Origin: Octopus vulgaris
Lineage: Eukaryota
Assembly (NCBI GenBank): GCA_951406725.2
Contig: OX597823.1
Location: forward strand, 66,712,001 to 66,776,000
Reading direction: 5' to 3'
Length of the DNA: 64,000 nt
Part shown: positions 13,488-27,717 of the stretch, piece after piece
How the letters are laid out: each line of letters starts with the position of its first letter
How positions within the stretch are numbered: position 1 is the first letter of the stretch
Notes under the pieces: model-generated
Told to the model about the DNA's origin: nothing
The model's database searches: none
What the model saw: the letters and a program-made list of their open reading frames with translations, nothing else
Made by a program: the position numbers and the translations under genes

Positions 13488-13582
13488 AATATACAGACAC
13501 AGGTGTATTCATCACAACTGTCCGGCGAACGGGAACGTGAAACACTGAGTAACAGCACTGTGATAATCTTGTAGCTTTAATA
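13305..13582. repeat. Two diverged ~85 bp direct repeats separated by a microsatellite
   Basis: AGGTGTATTCAT..ACGGGAACGTGA..GAGTAACAGC..TGTGATAATCTTG.AGCTTTAAT at ~13310 and ~13501. Confidence 0.9.
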
Positions 13583-13679
13583 TATATATACACGCACTCA
13601 GATACATATATTTGTATGTATATATGTATGTATGTATATATATATACATACATACATATCTATATTTATATATTATAAT

Positions 13680-13820
13680 AGGTTAGGCCAGTTTATTGGG
13701 TTACCCACGGTTTCTCGCTCATAAGTGGTTTAGCCTTACGGGGTATTTGAAGATGTGCCGTAACGCTAAACACCTCATGTGCGAGAAATCCAGGGGAACT
13801 CCATAAACCGGCGTACCCCT
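13680..13820. other. Long imperfect inverted repeat (rod-like hairpin)
   Basis: Arms 13680-13741 and 13758-13820 are complementary with regularly spaced mismatches. Confidence 0.85.
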
Positions 13821-13863
13821 CTACATCATAGCGTATGCTTCACCTTCGATTTATGTATGAACG

Positions 13864-13924
<61 letters not shown>

Positions 13925-14618
13925 TTGTTATACAAAGACAGAAAGACAGACACCGCAAACAAGACATACATATATGTACTTCTTCGTGACCAAACTTTTA
14001 GGACTTATATTGCTCCTACTGGAAATCTCTGAATTACTGCTTGTGTGATTTTTAATCTACTCACAGAAAATAGTTATTAAACCTTCTTTCAGATCCCACT
14101 TCCTACGACGGTAGAATTTTATGAGCAATGAAAACAATTTAATATACTGTAGAATATTTATATGTATATATATATATATATACATATCTAACTGTATATA
14201 TTGAATTGCAGCCAAAAGCGAACACATGTAGCTACTTAGCTCTATATGTATATACTCCAGTGGATTGCTTTTGTTCATTTCTATTTAAAAATAATCTTTG
14301 AAGTATAAGATGAATTGAATTCAATAAGAATAATATTCAGAAATTAATTTGAGGCAGCGAAGCCATAGTTTGGTATGATGGAAGATGTGATTCAGTAAGC
14401 AATTTTATGTCTAAATTATTGATATTCGGTTTTAATTAAATTTCTGTTAAGGAAAATATCTGTTACTGATCTACGATATAGTTAGTACTCGGCACTGGAG
14501 TAAGTTCTTTATTAGGCTTAGGTAGAAACTGTATTGTCAATTATTTCCTGTTTTAGTTTAGCTCTATTTATGTCACTATAACAGGTGAGTAAATGAGGAA
14601 GCCACAAGATGATCACAG

Positions 14619-14645
14619 AATGATAATAATAATAATAATAATAAC

Positions 14646-14720
<75 letters not shown>
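14619..14720. repeat. (AAT)n array flanking retrotransposon
   Basis: Direct trinucleotide run. Confidence 0.97.
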
Positions 14721-14722
<2 letters not shown>

Positions 14723-15398
14723 AAGTAACTGCAGAATATGTGGAGATGGACAAGAAACAATAAATCATATTATCTCTAGCTGCCCAGTCCTGGCTAAGAA
14801 GGAATATATTCACAGACATGACAGAGTTGGAACTTACATACATTGGAAGCTATGCCAACATTATGGAATAACAACTGAAAAAAGATGGTATAGGCACACA
14901 CCAGAAAAGGTCACAGAAAACGAGAAAGCAACCATACTCTGGGATATGCCGATACACACAGATAGAGAAATTAAGGCCAACAGACCAGATATAGTTGTCA
15001 GAGACCATGAAGAAAAAAAATGCTTTCTAATTGATGTATCAGTACCGGCAGATGACAACGTGTCTCTAAAAGAAATGGAGAAACTCTCAAAATACAAAGA
15101 CCTGGAAATAGAGGTAACTAGAATGTGGAATCTGAAAACAGAAACAATTCCTATCATAGTAGGTGCATTAGGCATGATAAAAAAATATTCAGACAAATAC
15201 ATAACAAAAACACCAGGACTTACAAACACATATAACATACAGAAAATTGCACTACTAGGCACTGCACACATCCTACGCAGAACACTTTCCATACAATAAC
15301 CATCAGAGCATCACAACAAATCACAGCACATACCCAAGGCACACAGAGCTGCGCTCGGTAGTGAAGTGAAAGCACGCTATAAAATAAAAATAAAACTA

Positions 15399-15401
<3 letters not shown>
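14721..15401 (+). mobile_element. 5'-truncated R4/Dong-like non-LTR retrotransposon (zinc knuckle + restriction-like endonuclease + 3' UTR)
   Basis: Uninterrupted frame 14721-15299: CRICGDGQETINHIISSC (CCHC), RHD, RPDIVV..LIDVSV..EKLSKY; flanked by (AAT)n on both sides. Confidence 0.93.

Positions 15402-15469
<68 letters not shown>
15402..15469. repeat. (AAT)n array
   Basis: Direct trinucleotide run. Confidence 0.97.
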
Positions 15470-16630
15470 GACATCAGGAGCAAAGACAAGGAACACAAGA
15501 AGGATGCTGAATGGTTGCAAGCACTGAAACAAACAGTAGTCTGTCAAAAATAGGCAGGACTAGTCATTTCAGTTAGGGAGTGAAGGAAATCAGCAAACAA
15601 ATGGGTAACTGGAAGGCCTCGGGACCAGATGGAGTTGAAGACTACTGGATCAAAAGATTTGGTAAATGTCATGCACGAATAGCCGCACAACACAATTTCT
15701 TAAATGCCGCCGAAGTAACACCAGATTGGTCGACAATGGATTAAGACATCGCCGTACTTGAAAAACATCGAAAAAGGCAATACAGTAGGCATTTACAGGC
15801 CAATATCCTGCTTGCTACTTTTGTGGAAATTGTTGACTGGAATAGTGGAAGAGTCAATGTACGGACATCTGGAAAAAATGGAGTCCTACCACATGAGCAG
15901 AAGGGTTGAAAGCCTAAGTGCAGAGGTAGCAATGATCAACTCTTGGTAGACAAAACTGTACATAGAGACTGCAAAAGAAGAAAAACTAATTTAGCCATGT
16001 CATGGATCGTTTATCGTTAGGCGTACAAAAATTATACCTCATTCCTGGATTATGGAGTGTATGAATCTATTTGGTACTGTATCGAATGTTAAACGATTGC
16101 TTGGAAAAAGTATAGCGAAGTGGAGGACGGAACTGACAACATATGGAAGAAGTTTAGGTACAATAGAAATCAGGAGAGGCATCTTCCAAGGGGACTGCCT
16201 GTCCCCACTGATCTTTGTACTGTGCATGATACTAATAACACTGATTCTGAAGAAATCAAAGGCTGGGTATCTATCCAAAAGCCGCCAACAAGAAGTCAAC
16301 CATGTATTACACATAAATGACCTCAAAATTTATGGTAAAGAGGAAACCCAAGTCAGTTCCCTCGTTGATACGTACGGTGTATACTTTCAGAGCTGATATC
16401 AGAATTGAGTTCGGACTGAAAATGTGTGGTTTGTTAGTCTTGAATAGAGGCAACATCAAACGTATGGACGGGCTAGCTATACCGTCTGGGGAGGTTATAA
16501 AGCAGATAGAAGAGATGGGCTATTAGTACTTGGGGATATTGGAAATGGATAAATTGATGGAGAAAGAAATGACAGATCCTTAAGTCGAAATTAATCGGAC
16601 GGAATAAGATTGAAGCAGTCAAAACCTGGA
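15470..16630 (+). pseudogene. Decayed reverse transcriptase of an R4/Dong-like element
   Basis: NWKASGPDGV, YRPISCL..WKLLTGI, RRGIFQGDCLSPLIF, NHVLHINDLK (degenerate YMDD), FGLKMC, YLGILE; multiple stops and frameshifts. Confidence 0.9.
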
Positions 16631-17234
16631 TGAGGAGGAGGAGGAGGAGGACATAAAGTAAGCATATAGCTACAAAAATATATGTGGATTATATAAGCCA
16701 TTTAACGAATATCATAGCTTGATAAGCAATTATTTGTTTTGTTTTATTTTGCTTTTATTTTTCCTCCACCCCCACTCGTCGAAAAGTTGAAAAGAAAAGT
16801 TATCTACAGCGTGATTTGAACCCAAAGTATAAAATTATGTGATTTCGTTGCCATGACGATACGCCAAAAAATCAATGATTAAAAAAGGTCATTATACTAA
16901 CTCTATTTTCTGCACACACAAGAAAAAATAATTGTTCATTCTTTTTATATATATATTTATTAGCTTTATTTCATGAATTACTGTATTGACATTTCTTTGA
17001 AATTTCTACAACAATGCAGGCATTCAATAATGTTTTTCTATTCTTTCTTTTAATCTCTTTTGCTGTCACTGGTTTCAGTCATTCGACTGCGGCCATGAGG
17101 GAAAACAGCCTTAGATTTTGAATCGATTGTATTCTCTTGTACTTATTCGATCTACGAAAACAGCAAAAGACGACTTTAAGTATAAAGGGATGTCGCAAGG
17201 CAAGGTATATAAACATATATATATCGAGTGACAG

Positions 17235-17260
17235 AGAAAGAGAGAGAGTGTGTGTGAGAG

Positions 17261-17301
<41 letters not shown>

Positions 17302-17352
17302 GAGAAAGAGAGTGAGCGAGAGAGAGTGAGAGAGAGGAGATTGAGAGAGAGA
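17235..17352. repeat. (GA)n microsatellite
   Basis: Direct repeat. Confidence 0.92.
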
Positions 17353-17524
17353 CATCGACGTACAGATATAGGCTGACATATATCCAGAGATAGAGATATA
17401 CATACATAAAAATATATATATCGACACCAATATATAATATAGACGTTCATATGTGTATGTATGGCATGTATGCGTGTATATATATCATTAAGTGTCGAGA
17501 GAACATAGAATACTTCTTTTCTGT

Positions 17525-18585
17525 AATACTATATGTCGGGACGATGGTTTTCGCATATTTCATGAATGTGATGGTCATACTCTAGATAAATTTACGAAAA
17601 GAACTCTAAAATACCTTAAGCTAATTATTCCACAAAATCACTCTTACCACTCTTCTAAGTCGATGCTTAGATGTTTACCTAGATCCAAAATATTTAAACC
17701 TCTACTATAAACCAAATGAGAAACTCTCTTTTATGCATAAACAGTCCTGTCACCCCTATAATGTTTAAAAACTTGCTAGCTGTCATCTTTAATAGGATAT
17801 CAAAACTCTCCGCTTCAACGTTAATATTTCATAAGACAATCCTCCGCTCTGCACAATAACAATGTCGTAAGTGTGGCTTCAAAGATAAGATGTATAACAA
17901 CCCCTGAATCAAATATATGAAATCTAAAAATAGACTGAATTATAGACTTAATATTGTTATACCACCACCATCCTTCTATCTAAATTTTATAACTAAATTT
18001 GACGAGAAATTCCTGGTTCTTTTAGATAAGCATTTCCTAGTAAGCCACAATTAGAGGACGATCTTTAGTTGGCGCTCGATAAAAATATGATTCTACCTTC
18101 TGCCCCAGTATGAAAAACATTGTCACTCGCAAGCCTCACCAAGTGTCAATTCGCAGTTGTAAGTGTGAAAGTCCTGAAACTTTCCCACCAGGCGTGTACG
18201 ACACACTCTGCTGTCTGTAAAGCAGAGATCACGACAACGCTTTATCAGAACGTAATTGACAACAAAAATCACATCGGTTTATTCGAATGCAATTTCAAAA
18301 GACGTTATGAAACCACCAGTTTTTTCTGACAAATCGACATAAGTAGAGCCACAAACTTGGCTACCCACGTATGGGGTTTTAAGATCAACAGCACACCATA
18401 TACAACTCCGGAGAATTGCGGAGAAACCTATGCCATATGTAAATGTATATAAGATATGCAACTTATGCTTAGCTGAAGAATCGCACATTCTTTTTAGATC
18501 TGCTTTAGTATTCCGTTACACTACTTATTTCCAGATCCAAAAGTTTCAGAAAATACAAGCATATGGAAAAATTTCTTTTTTCACA
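17525..18585 (+). mobile_element. Decayed Penelope-like element (RT C-terminus + GIY-YIG endonuclease)
   Basis: CRDDG, LDVYL..YKPNE..MHKQSCHP, FLVLLDKHF, HIGLFECNFKRRY, PYVNVYKICNLCLAEE, KYKHMEKFL in the expected order across frameshifts. Confidence 0.85.
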
Positions 18586-18922
18586 CCGTGATTGCACTTC
18601 CCTCTCCGGATTGAACAGTTATCTCGCAGCCTTTAGACTCCTTTCCATTGTATTATTATATACAAGCTACTTTGCTTATAATTTCTACGGTCAAAGGATG
18701 CATAGCTCTATTTTTTCTTTCTTTTCTCTTTACGTTTTAATTCACTCCTTGTTTTCTCATCCCACATCTTGCATCAACCTAGAGTTCTGGTTATCAAATC
18801 GAACAAACCATGTGCCCAGAGCCTGGGATTGCTTGGAGTAACAAGACATGTAGTAAAACCTGCCCAACCACGTGTCACAATGGCCAGAAACTACTAGTAG
18901 CATTTATTTTAGTACATTGTAC

Positions 18923-18973
<51 letters not shown>

Positions 18974-18975
<2 letters not shown>

Positions 18976-19085
18976 GGCCTGCTCGCTTAGCCAGCGGGGT
19001 GGCGTCATTCGAAGGCTAAAACAATGCAAACGCATTGTGACCAGCGATGTGTAACAACATCTGATGGTCTGGTCGGTCACGTGAT

Positions 19086-19093
<8 letters not shown>
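18974..19093 (+). mobile_element. 3' tail fragment of SINE family C
   Basis: Matches the reverse complement of ~47077-47200. Confidence 0.88.
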
Positions 19094-19134
<41 letters not shown>

Positions 19135-19135
19135 A

Positions 19136-19195
<60 letters not shown>

Positions 19196-20298
19196 TCGTG
19201 TGTAAATTACTATGTGTAAATCTCTCAACGAGAGACATTCAATAACAGTACTCTAGAGTAAAGATTATTTGCCAACATAACGTAGCAGTTCTGGATAAGA
19301 CAAAAGTTACACTCTATTTAGTCCCAGGAAACATCGTCTCCACCTGGTTATACGACACAATATCTGTGCCCTATATCTTCGAACAGGGGAATTTAGCAGC
19401 ACCAGCTCTAGCCGAACAGTTATTCTGTGCTGATGAAGGAAAATACCCGCGAAATCGCAATGCAGAGATATTGCTTTGTGATGAGTTTTCGAGTTGTTCA
19501 TTGCGATTATTTCAGTCGCCTCATCAAAATTATGTTTGCAGAACTATTAATGTAATTAACGCTTCTTGCCAAATGAAGTTGTTGAAAACCCTGCATAGAT
19601 TACTTATATCGATATATTTATTATCTATTTATGTTGAATATACACCCCTTGATTGTTTTTCTGTGTTCCATTGTTTCTGTTATTTACATCCTTAGTTAGT
19701 TCTATTATTTACATCGACCACTCCCGTAAACTTTGCAACGAGAATACATTTGAATATGTCACGAGGAACATCCACTTATAAACAACGCTATGAATATAAA
19801 ACGATTTAGAAAACATAAGTTCAAAGTACAGTTGTCAGGTTTGCATACATTGAAATTTTATAAATATAGAAAAAAATTTTATTTATATGTAACGATAAAT
19901 TGTTTCATATATATTTTATTTCCTTTCAAAGTCATACTGATTCTTACTCTCCATTTTATCTCTCATACACTGGTGAATATCAAGGAAGACCTAAATACTG
20001 AACCATTACTCTGACGTTGTTCGAGTAAACATTTAATCGAAGTATAGGAAGACCGACTACAGGCAGTAAGATACGAAATTCTTACATTCTTTAGATTTCC
20101 TGTAATCCAGATTTTCTCATGGTCCGAACGTTCAAGTTTACTCATTTTCATAAATATTCTTTACACCTTTCTTCATCAATGAGCATAGGTCTAAGTGCAT
20201 ATTACGTTCATTTGGGGGAATTAATATGATTGTAAGAATATATTACATTCTTGAACGGCAATCCTGCTATTTCACCTTTTTAGTTTCCTTTGCTTTCT

Positions 20299-20547
20299 CT
20301 CTTTACTCTTTTACACTTTTACTTGTTTCAGTCATTTGACTGCAGCCATGCTGGAGCACCGCCTTTAGTCGAGCAAATTGACCCCAGGAGTTATTCTTTG
20401 CAAGCCCAGTACTTAATCTATCGGTCTCTTTTGCCGAACCACTAAGTTACGGGGAAGTAAACACACCAGCATCGGTTGTCAAGCGATGCTGGAGGGACAA
20501 ACACAGACACAAAAACACACACACACACATACACACACACACACATA

Positions 20548-20592
<45 letters not shown>

Positions 20593-20760
20593 TATACATA
20601 TATACGACGGGTTTCTTTCAGTTTCTGTATACCAAATCCACTCACAAGGCTTTGGTCGGCCCGAGGCTATAGTAGAAGAGACTTGCCCAAGGAGTCACGC
20701 AGTGGGACTGAACCCGGCACCATGTGGTTGGTAAGCAAGCTACTTACCACAAAGCCACTC
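20299..20760 (-). mobile_element. SINE family A, full length
   Basis: Reverse-complement match to 5760-6182. Confidence 0.92.
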
Positions 20761-21416
20761 ATTCATATTATTTTGTTATTTTTATACCTTTCTTTGACTG
20801 GATAGTGGACCTATACAATAAATTCAAGTACACCACCACATACGTCTATGCGTGAGTGTATTTGTACGTGTGTATATGTGTGCGTGCGTGTGCGAGTGCG
20901 TGTGGTGTGCGCGATAGTGCGTACTCGCGGGTGCTTATGTGTGTGTGTACATATACTTGTATATAACAAAATTATAGATAAAACATTGAGGTTAGAATGC
21001 TCTTTGGAATTATCGAATTTACAAAATCATAAACTGAAAATAAATAGACAACTGTGACCTCTACTGAACATATGCAAAAGAAAGTCTGAATCATATCAAA
21101 GATAGAATGAGAAAAGGAACGAAATGAAGAAACGAAGTAATACATTTCCTGGGGGACTTTCGAGATAGAATTTATTTTATATATTGTGGATGAGTTTTTC
21201 GTTATTGCTTCTTTTCCAACTTTTTCTAGATTCTTTTCATCATGAAACTGCCGACGCCGTGTGCCTATTCATTTGAACAATTGTACACTTCAATCTATTA
21301 AATATGATGTTACTTGAAAAAATCTATAAAGTTTAGTGATAAAATAATTAGGATTTTCTTAAGTTTAGCCTTGGTAGTTCGTTTTTTTTTTTATATAACA
21401 TATTCATGTTGAAAGA

Positions 21417-21603
21417 AGTGAGCTGTAAAAACCATTAGCACGCCGGGCAAAATATTTACGTTCTGAGTTCAAACTCAGCCGAGGTCTATTTTATCTTACA
21501 GCCTCTTGGGGTCGATATAATAAGTATGACGTAAGCACTGGAATCGATGTAATCGACTTCGTCCATTCCCCCGAACAACTGGGCTTGTGCCAAAAATTGA
21601 AGC
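21417..21603 (+). mobile_element. SINE family B, degenerate
   Basis: TTAGCACGCCGGGC..TTACGTTCTGAGTTCAAA..GGGGTCGAT. Confidence 0.8.
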
Positions 21604-21949
21604 TAATTTAGTATATTCATGTAATACAGACTTTGGTTTACTTATTTAGGTTAATGAGTTTGGTATCAATGGTGGCTGTTAATTGTTGTAGGGTATCAAA
21701 TTAAAAAGAGAAAAATGAAATTCGGTTGATTTTATTATTTGAGTTCAGGGAAACCGCTTGATATATCAGCCAAGCATTTGGTCACGAGACCTTAACAGTC
21801 GTTCCTCTCAATATAAGTGATAGAAATTTCGGGAAATCAGAGGCTTACAGCTAACGAATAACATACGACTTTCTGAAACTAGCAACGACAAACCCTGAGC
21901 CAATAGTAAAGCATATCGAAAGCAAAAACCTCGAGGGCTTACAGAAGAT

Positions 21950-22057
21950 TCAAAGACTTATGATTATTTAATACCCTGCCAAAACACTTGAAAAAATATA
22001 CGTGGAGATGGGAAACAACTTGATCTCCTACTCTCCAAGGCCCCAGATGAAACTACA
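21950..22057 (+). mobile_element. CR1-group LINE 3' end relic
   Basis: LFNTLPKHL..KQLDLLLSKAPDE, homologous to the 59060-59344 relic. Confidence 0.65.
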
Positions 22058-22227
22058 TCTACATATATATATTATGGAGATGTACTTGCATAGCAAGTGA
22101 CTTGATTTAAGATCATGTGTTGAAACAGAAACAATTGCAGCGTGGAAGGTGTTAAAACATAAAAATCCGTTAAATTCAGTTCAACATTTAAATTAAATTG
22201 TTGTCAACATATTTTCGCCGCTTAGAA

Positions 22228-22440
<213 letters not shown>

Positions 22441-23099
22441 TATTTAGCAGACGTATGAGAGTGGCGCAAAGCCGGAATGTTTTGTGCGTTGGCAGATATC
22501 AAAGTGTTAACGTACAAAGCTCCCGGGCCTTCAGTCATTCTGTTATTTATCCTAAATATTAATAAAAATATACATATACTCATATTATGTGTTGTATTTC
22601 TATATTTGCATCAGTATACTTGTTTGTGTGTGCGTATCAGAGTGTGTGTGAGTGTATGTATACCTCGTCACATACATACATTTTGTCGATTAATAGTATC
22701 GGACTTTGTAACAATGATGGTGATTCGCTATTTTTATGGTTCTAGTTGAGCAAAGCAACACCAGTAACATTTTAAATAGTACTGATTCGGTCAATGACAT
22801 TTTAACTAGTAGTAATTCGGTGAACGTCTCTTGCACAACCATCCGACATAAAATAAACATCCGCACCAGTTGCCAAACAGTGATGGAGAGCAAGGAAAGG
22901 CACAAACAGAAATGTATACACTCACAATCAGACATATATGTATTTGTGTGTGTATACACACTCACACATACACATACACACACACAAATACATATATATG
23001 TATATACATATATACATATACATACGTACACACGCTAATATATATATATATATGTATACATATATTGATACATACACGAGGTAATACATATATATATAC

Positions 23100-23134
<35 letters not shown>

Positions 23135-23499
23135 CATGTATAAAATAATACATATGTACGTGTATATACACAAATGTTCATGCATGTGATACACACACAC
23201 AAACATGTACACACTCACATACAAACACATATATATGTGGGGACTATGTATATGCACATCATACATTGTAAGAGAGAGTGATAAAAAAATAAGAGAAACG
23301 AGAATACTATAAAATAGTAATATCTTGAAAAGGAAAGATATATTTACATAAAACATCTGAGGAGAAACAGACATCCATTAATGCTTCCATATCATTATAT
23401 TTACTCATGTAAGATATCAATACAGATATTCACATGTGCGGAACATCTACTTCTCAAAAACACAGATATACATATGCATGTATACATACATACACGCAT

Positions 23500-24088
<589 letters not shown>

Positions 24089-24152
24089 TGTACATGCACG
24101 CATGCACACACCCACAGGCGTATACACAAACACACACACGGACACATATATA

Positions 24153-24195
<43 letters not shown>

Positions 24196-24334
24196 CACAC
24201 GTGTATTTGTGCTTCTGTATATATATATATATATACATACAGAGAGAGAGAGACAGATAGACAGAGAGAGACAGACAGATAGAGACGGAGAGACAGGCAG
24301 GCAGAGAGATGCACATATCATGAAACCTTATTGT

Positions 24335-24750
24335 GTGTGGCTGGGTAGTAAGAAGCTTGCTTCACAACAACATGGTTCTGGGTCCAGTCCCACTGTGTGG
24401 CACCTTGGGCGAGTGTCTTCTGCTATAGCCTTGGGCCGACCAAAGCCTTGTGAGTGTATTTGGTAGACGGAAACTGAAAGAAGATAGTCGTATATATATA
24501 TATGTGTGTGTGTACGTGTGTGTGTGTGTGTGTGTGTTTATTTGTGTGCATTTGTGAGAATGATTGTCTCCACCACTACCATCGCCTGACAACCAATGGT
24601 GGTGTGTTTACGTTTTCGTTATCTAGCAGTTAGGCACAAGATACCGATAGAATAAGTACAGGCTTACAAAGAACGAGTTCTGAGACTGATTTCTTCGACT
24701 AAAAATTCGTTTTTTCGACAAATGACTGAAACAAGTAAAGGAATTAAAGA
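24335..24750 (+). mobile_element. SINE family A
   Basis: GGCACCTTGGGC core, internal microsatellite, tail. Confidence 0.9.
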
Positions 24751-25169
24751 AGAAATGAATCACTTGTCGCAAATACCGAGATGATAATTTCTCGTTCTTA
24801 GATATAGTATGAAATCTAGATTAATGTTTTAAATATACTCTTTTTACATGCATTTCGCATGTTTCTTAAGGAGATATCATTGGCAATATCAATGCACACC
24901 AAAATTTTTCAAATTATGATGCATATATCAACAACCCTTTTAAACATTTAAAGACATTGTTAGACATTAATTATTGGGTTGTTTGTCTAACCGATACATA
25001 AATCTACTTAATCGGAGTAATATTCTCAAGATATCAAATGGTTTCTTGGCCTCACCAGATTCAAGTCGTTGATTTGAATGATTCTCTAACTTCACAACAG
25101 ATGCAGCTCTAGCATCAAATGGAAGTCACATTTCTAGGCGAAGATCCATAATCGTGTGGTGTATCCGAT

Positions 25170-25200
<31 letters not shown>

Positions 25201-25759
25201 CTTATATGTATATATATGCTTTCGGTGCGTATGACTTTTTTATACAGCGACGAGTTTACGATTCTGTAAATAATAATAATGGTATTTTTATATAAGCTTA
25301 AAGCGTATGGCTGTGTGCATACATAATATTAATACATAGCTATTATATATTTATGTATGTCATTCACTGGTTTCTAACGTAGATCCAAGGATCCTACATT
25401 GGAATTTCAACATCAAGAACAGGGTATGTATGTAGGTATGTATGTATGTATGTATGTATGTATGTATGTATGTATGTATGTATGTATGTATGTATGTACG
25501 TATGTATGTATGTATGTATGAGAATATGGCAGTGCACATTTCGCATCTTAAGGTCTCCATTAACATTATTCTCTAAATTGTATAATACTTAGGGCTGTAA
25601 TGGCTAAGAGTAAATATTCTTTTAATAGGCGTTGGAAGCAGTTTTGCCAGAATGACTGATTCTGCAATATATATTTAACACGTTTAGATAGCAACAATTT
25701 GAATTTCTATGCTAGGTTCAATATCTGAAATTGTTTCCTCCGGGAAAAATATACATACA

Positions 25760-25799
<40 letters not shown>

Positions 25800-25834
25800 C
25801 ATTCATGCATACATACATATATACATACATGCAT

Positions 25835-26043
25835 ACTTGTTTCAGTCATTATACTGCGGCCATGTTAGGGCTATAACTTGATTGCTTTAGGCAAATAAAT
25901 TGACCACACTACATTTTTAAGCCTGGTACTTATCGCATCTGTTTTTGCTAAGTTACGGGAACGCATACAAACCAACACAGTTTGTGTGGACAAGCATCTA
26001 CACAAACAGGCATCATAGATATGTACATATATCTCTTTATCTT

Positions 26044-26074
<31 letters not shown>

Positions 26075-26280
26075 TGTATGTAATGTATGTAAGTATGTAT
26101 GTATGTATGTATATGAACGGCTTCTCAGAGTTTCCATCAACTAAGTCCTCTGACAAGGATTTGGTCTGGTCGGGTTCAACTAAAGTGGAAGGTACCTGCC
26201 CGTAGAACCACGCAGTTGGACTGAGCCCAAACCCACGCCGTTGAGAAACAAATTTCTTCTCACAAAGCCACGTCGGCACT
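25835..26280 (-). mobile_element. SINE family A, degenerate
   Basis: Tail ACTTGTTTCAGTCATT..GCGGCCATG, internal microsatellite, head remnant. Confidence 0.7.
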
Positions 26281-27659
26281 GTGATTGTGTGTGTCGTGTG
26301 TGTGTGTTTGCTTGTGAATGTGTGTTTGTGACTTTGTGTGTAAGTGTCTTTCAATTTTGAAGTGAAGCTAAAATTTTAGAATGGGTTAATATTGATTAAT
26401 AATTTCAGTAAGTCAATGACTTGCATAGTCGCTAGAGCCTTGCATGAAATACTCTACTTTATTTGTTGAGGCTTTTCCCAGTGTTTTCAAACCCCACCAA
26501 TAAAGGAGATATGAGCTCGAGTAAGAGATTGTTGATAATATTAGACTGTAGTACGAGATGTCTTAAGTTATCGGTTCCTGGTTGGATATGTTCTGACTAT
26601 AAGACCTTCAATAAAAAAGGAATCTGAAACCCATGAAACTGGCAGATGTAATGTTAAACTTTAACCGTGAAATAGGTGCAGGAAAAAAATTGACAAAAAT
26701 AAACACATGAGAGAATCGACCGTAAGTTTGGTGGGGCTGGCTTTAGTAGTTACTGAGGGACGTGAGCGTGAACAAAATGTGAATTACTTTTTAAAAAATA
26801 ATTATGAGTGTGCCTGCGCAAGATATGGAACAAATATTGCCCGCGTCCAGGAGCTGAGATTGCGATAGTTGTAGGAGAAAAGGTACGATGGAAGCTTCAT
26901 GATAGATTATATTTGGAAATAACTTTACACAAATTATTCGGTTAGACTTTTCTGGTTGAGATATAACATGTATGTATGTATGTGATGCAACGAAGCATAA
27001 TATCGTAGATTTACCGTTACTGAATTTCGTGTACAAACCTATGCTGAATATGCGTTCAGATATACTTACATTAAACATATTCTTAGTATTCTAACATAAA
27101 ATTTAAATGATTCGGTCTCTTGTTTTGTCATTTTTCTTTTTTATTTACATGGGCAATAATTCATGGATTTTATTGCCAGGAATACGAAGCACTCCGATGC
27201 GAATGATGCGTCCATGTGACAGAAGGGAATTTGATAAGATAAATAATTAACCTAGTGCCTCCAAAGGCTAACATCTTAACATCTATCCATTCACTAGAAC
27301 TATTCCTCAATAAGTATTCCATGTTCCAACATTCTCATGAAAGCAATTCGATTTTATAACTGGTTCCAACGTTACTTTAACAAACCTTACTATAAAAATG
27401 TCAATCCTGGGAAATTAAATGATTTCTCACGAAGGTAAATGCTACTTTAAATCACATTTGCTTCATCGAACTATGTATGAATATATTGCTTGAATTCTAC
27501 TTAAATAAGCATTGAAATCGTAAGTAAGCACCTACTGAATTTTCGATCTGCTTAATGTAGCTGTTTTCGATATTGACATTATATTGGCAGAAATTTTATT
27601 CAAGCAATGGTAAACTATGTTGATTTTTAGGTATTTAAATTTTTTAACTTCTTATGCAG

Positions 27660-27717
27660 AGGATTTTTCGATATCTGAAAACGCAGTAGAATGTGTAATT
27701 TTGAAGAACCAGCTAAG
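27660..27717 (+). other. Candidate 58 bp exon
   Basis: TTTTTAACTTCTTATGCAG acceptor, AAG|GTAT donor, open as DFSISENAVECVILKNQL. Confidence 0.22.

Noticed and set aside
13977-14056. Ser-rich stalk exon IKNHTSSNSEISSRSNISPK on minus
   Set aside because: No good phase-compatible donor for the 13124 acceptor
14861-15292. 143 aa minus-strand ORF
   Set aside because: Antisense shadow of the retrotransposon endonuclease frame
19366-19695. 109 aa ORF with PYIFEQGN (Tc1 FQQDN-like)
   Set aside because: No other transposase motifs or TIRs found
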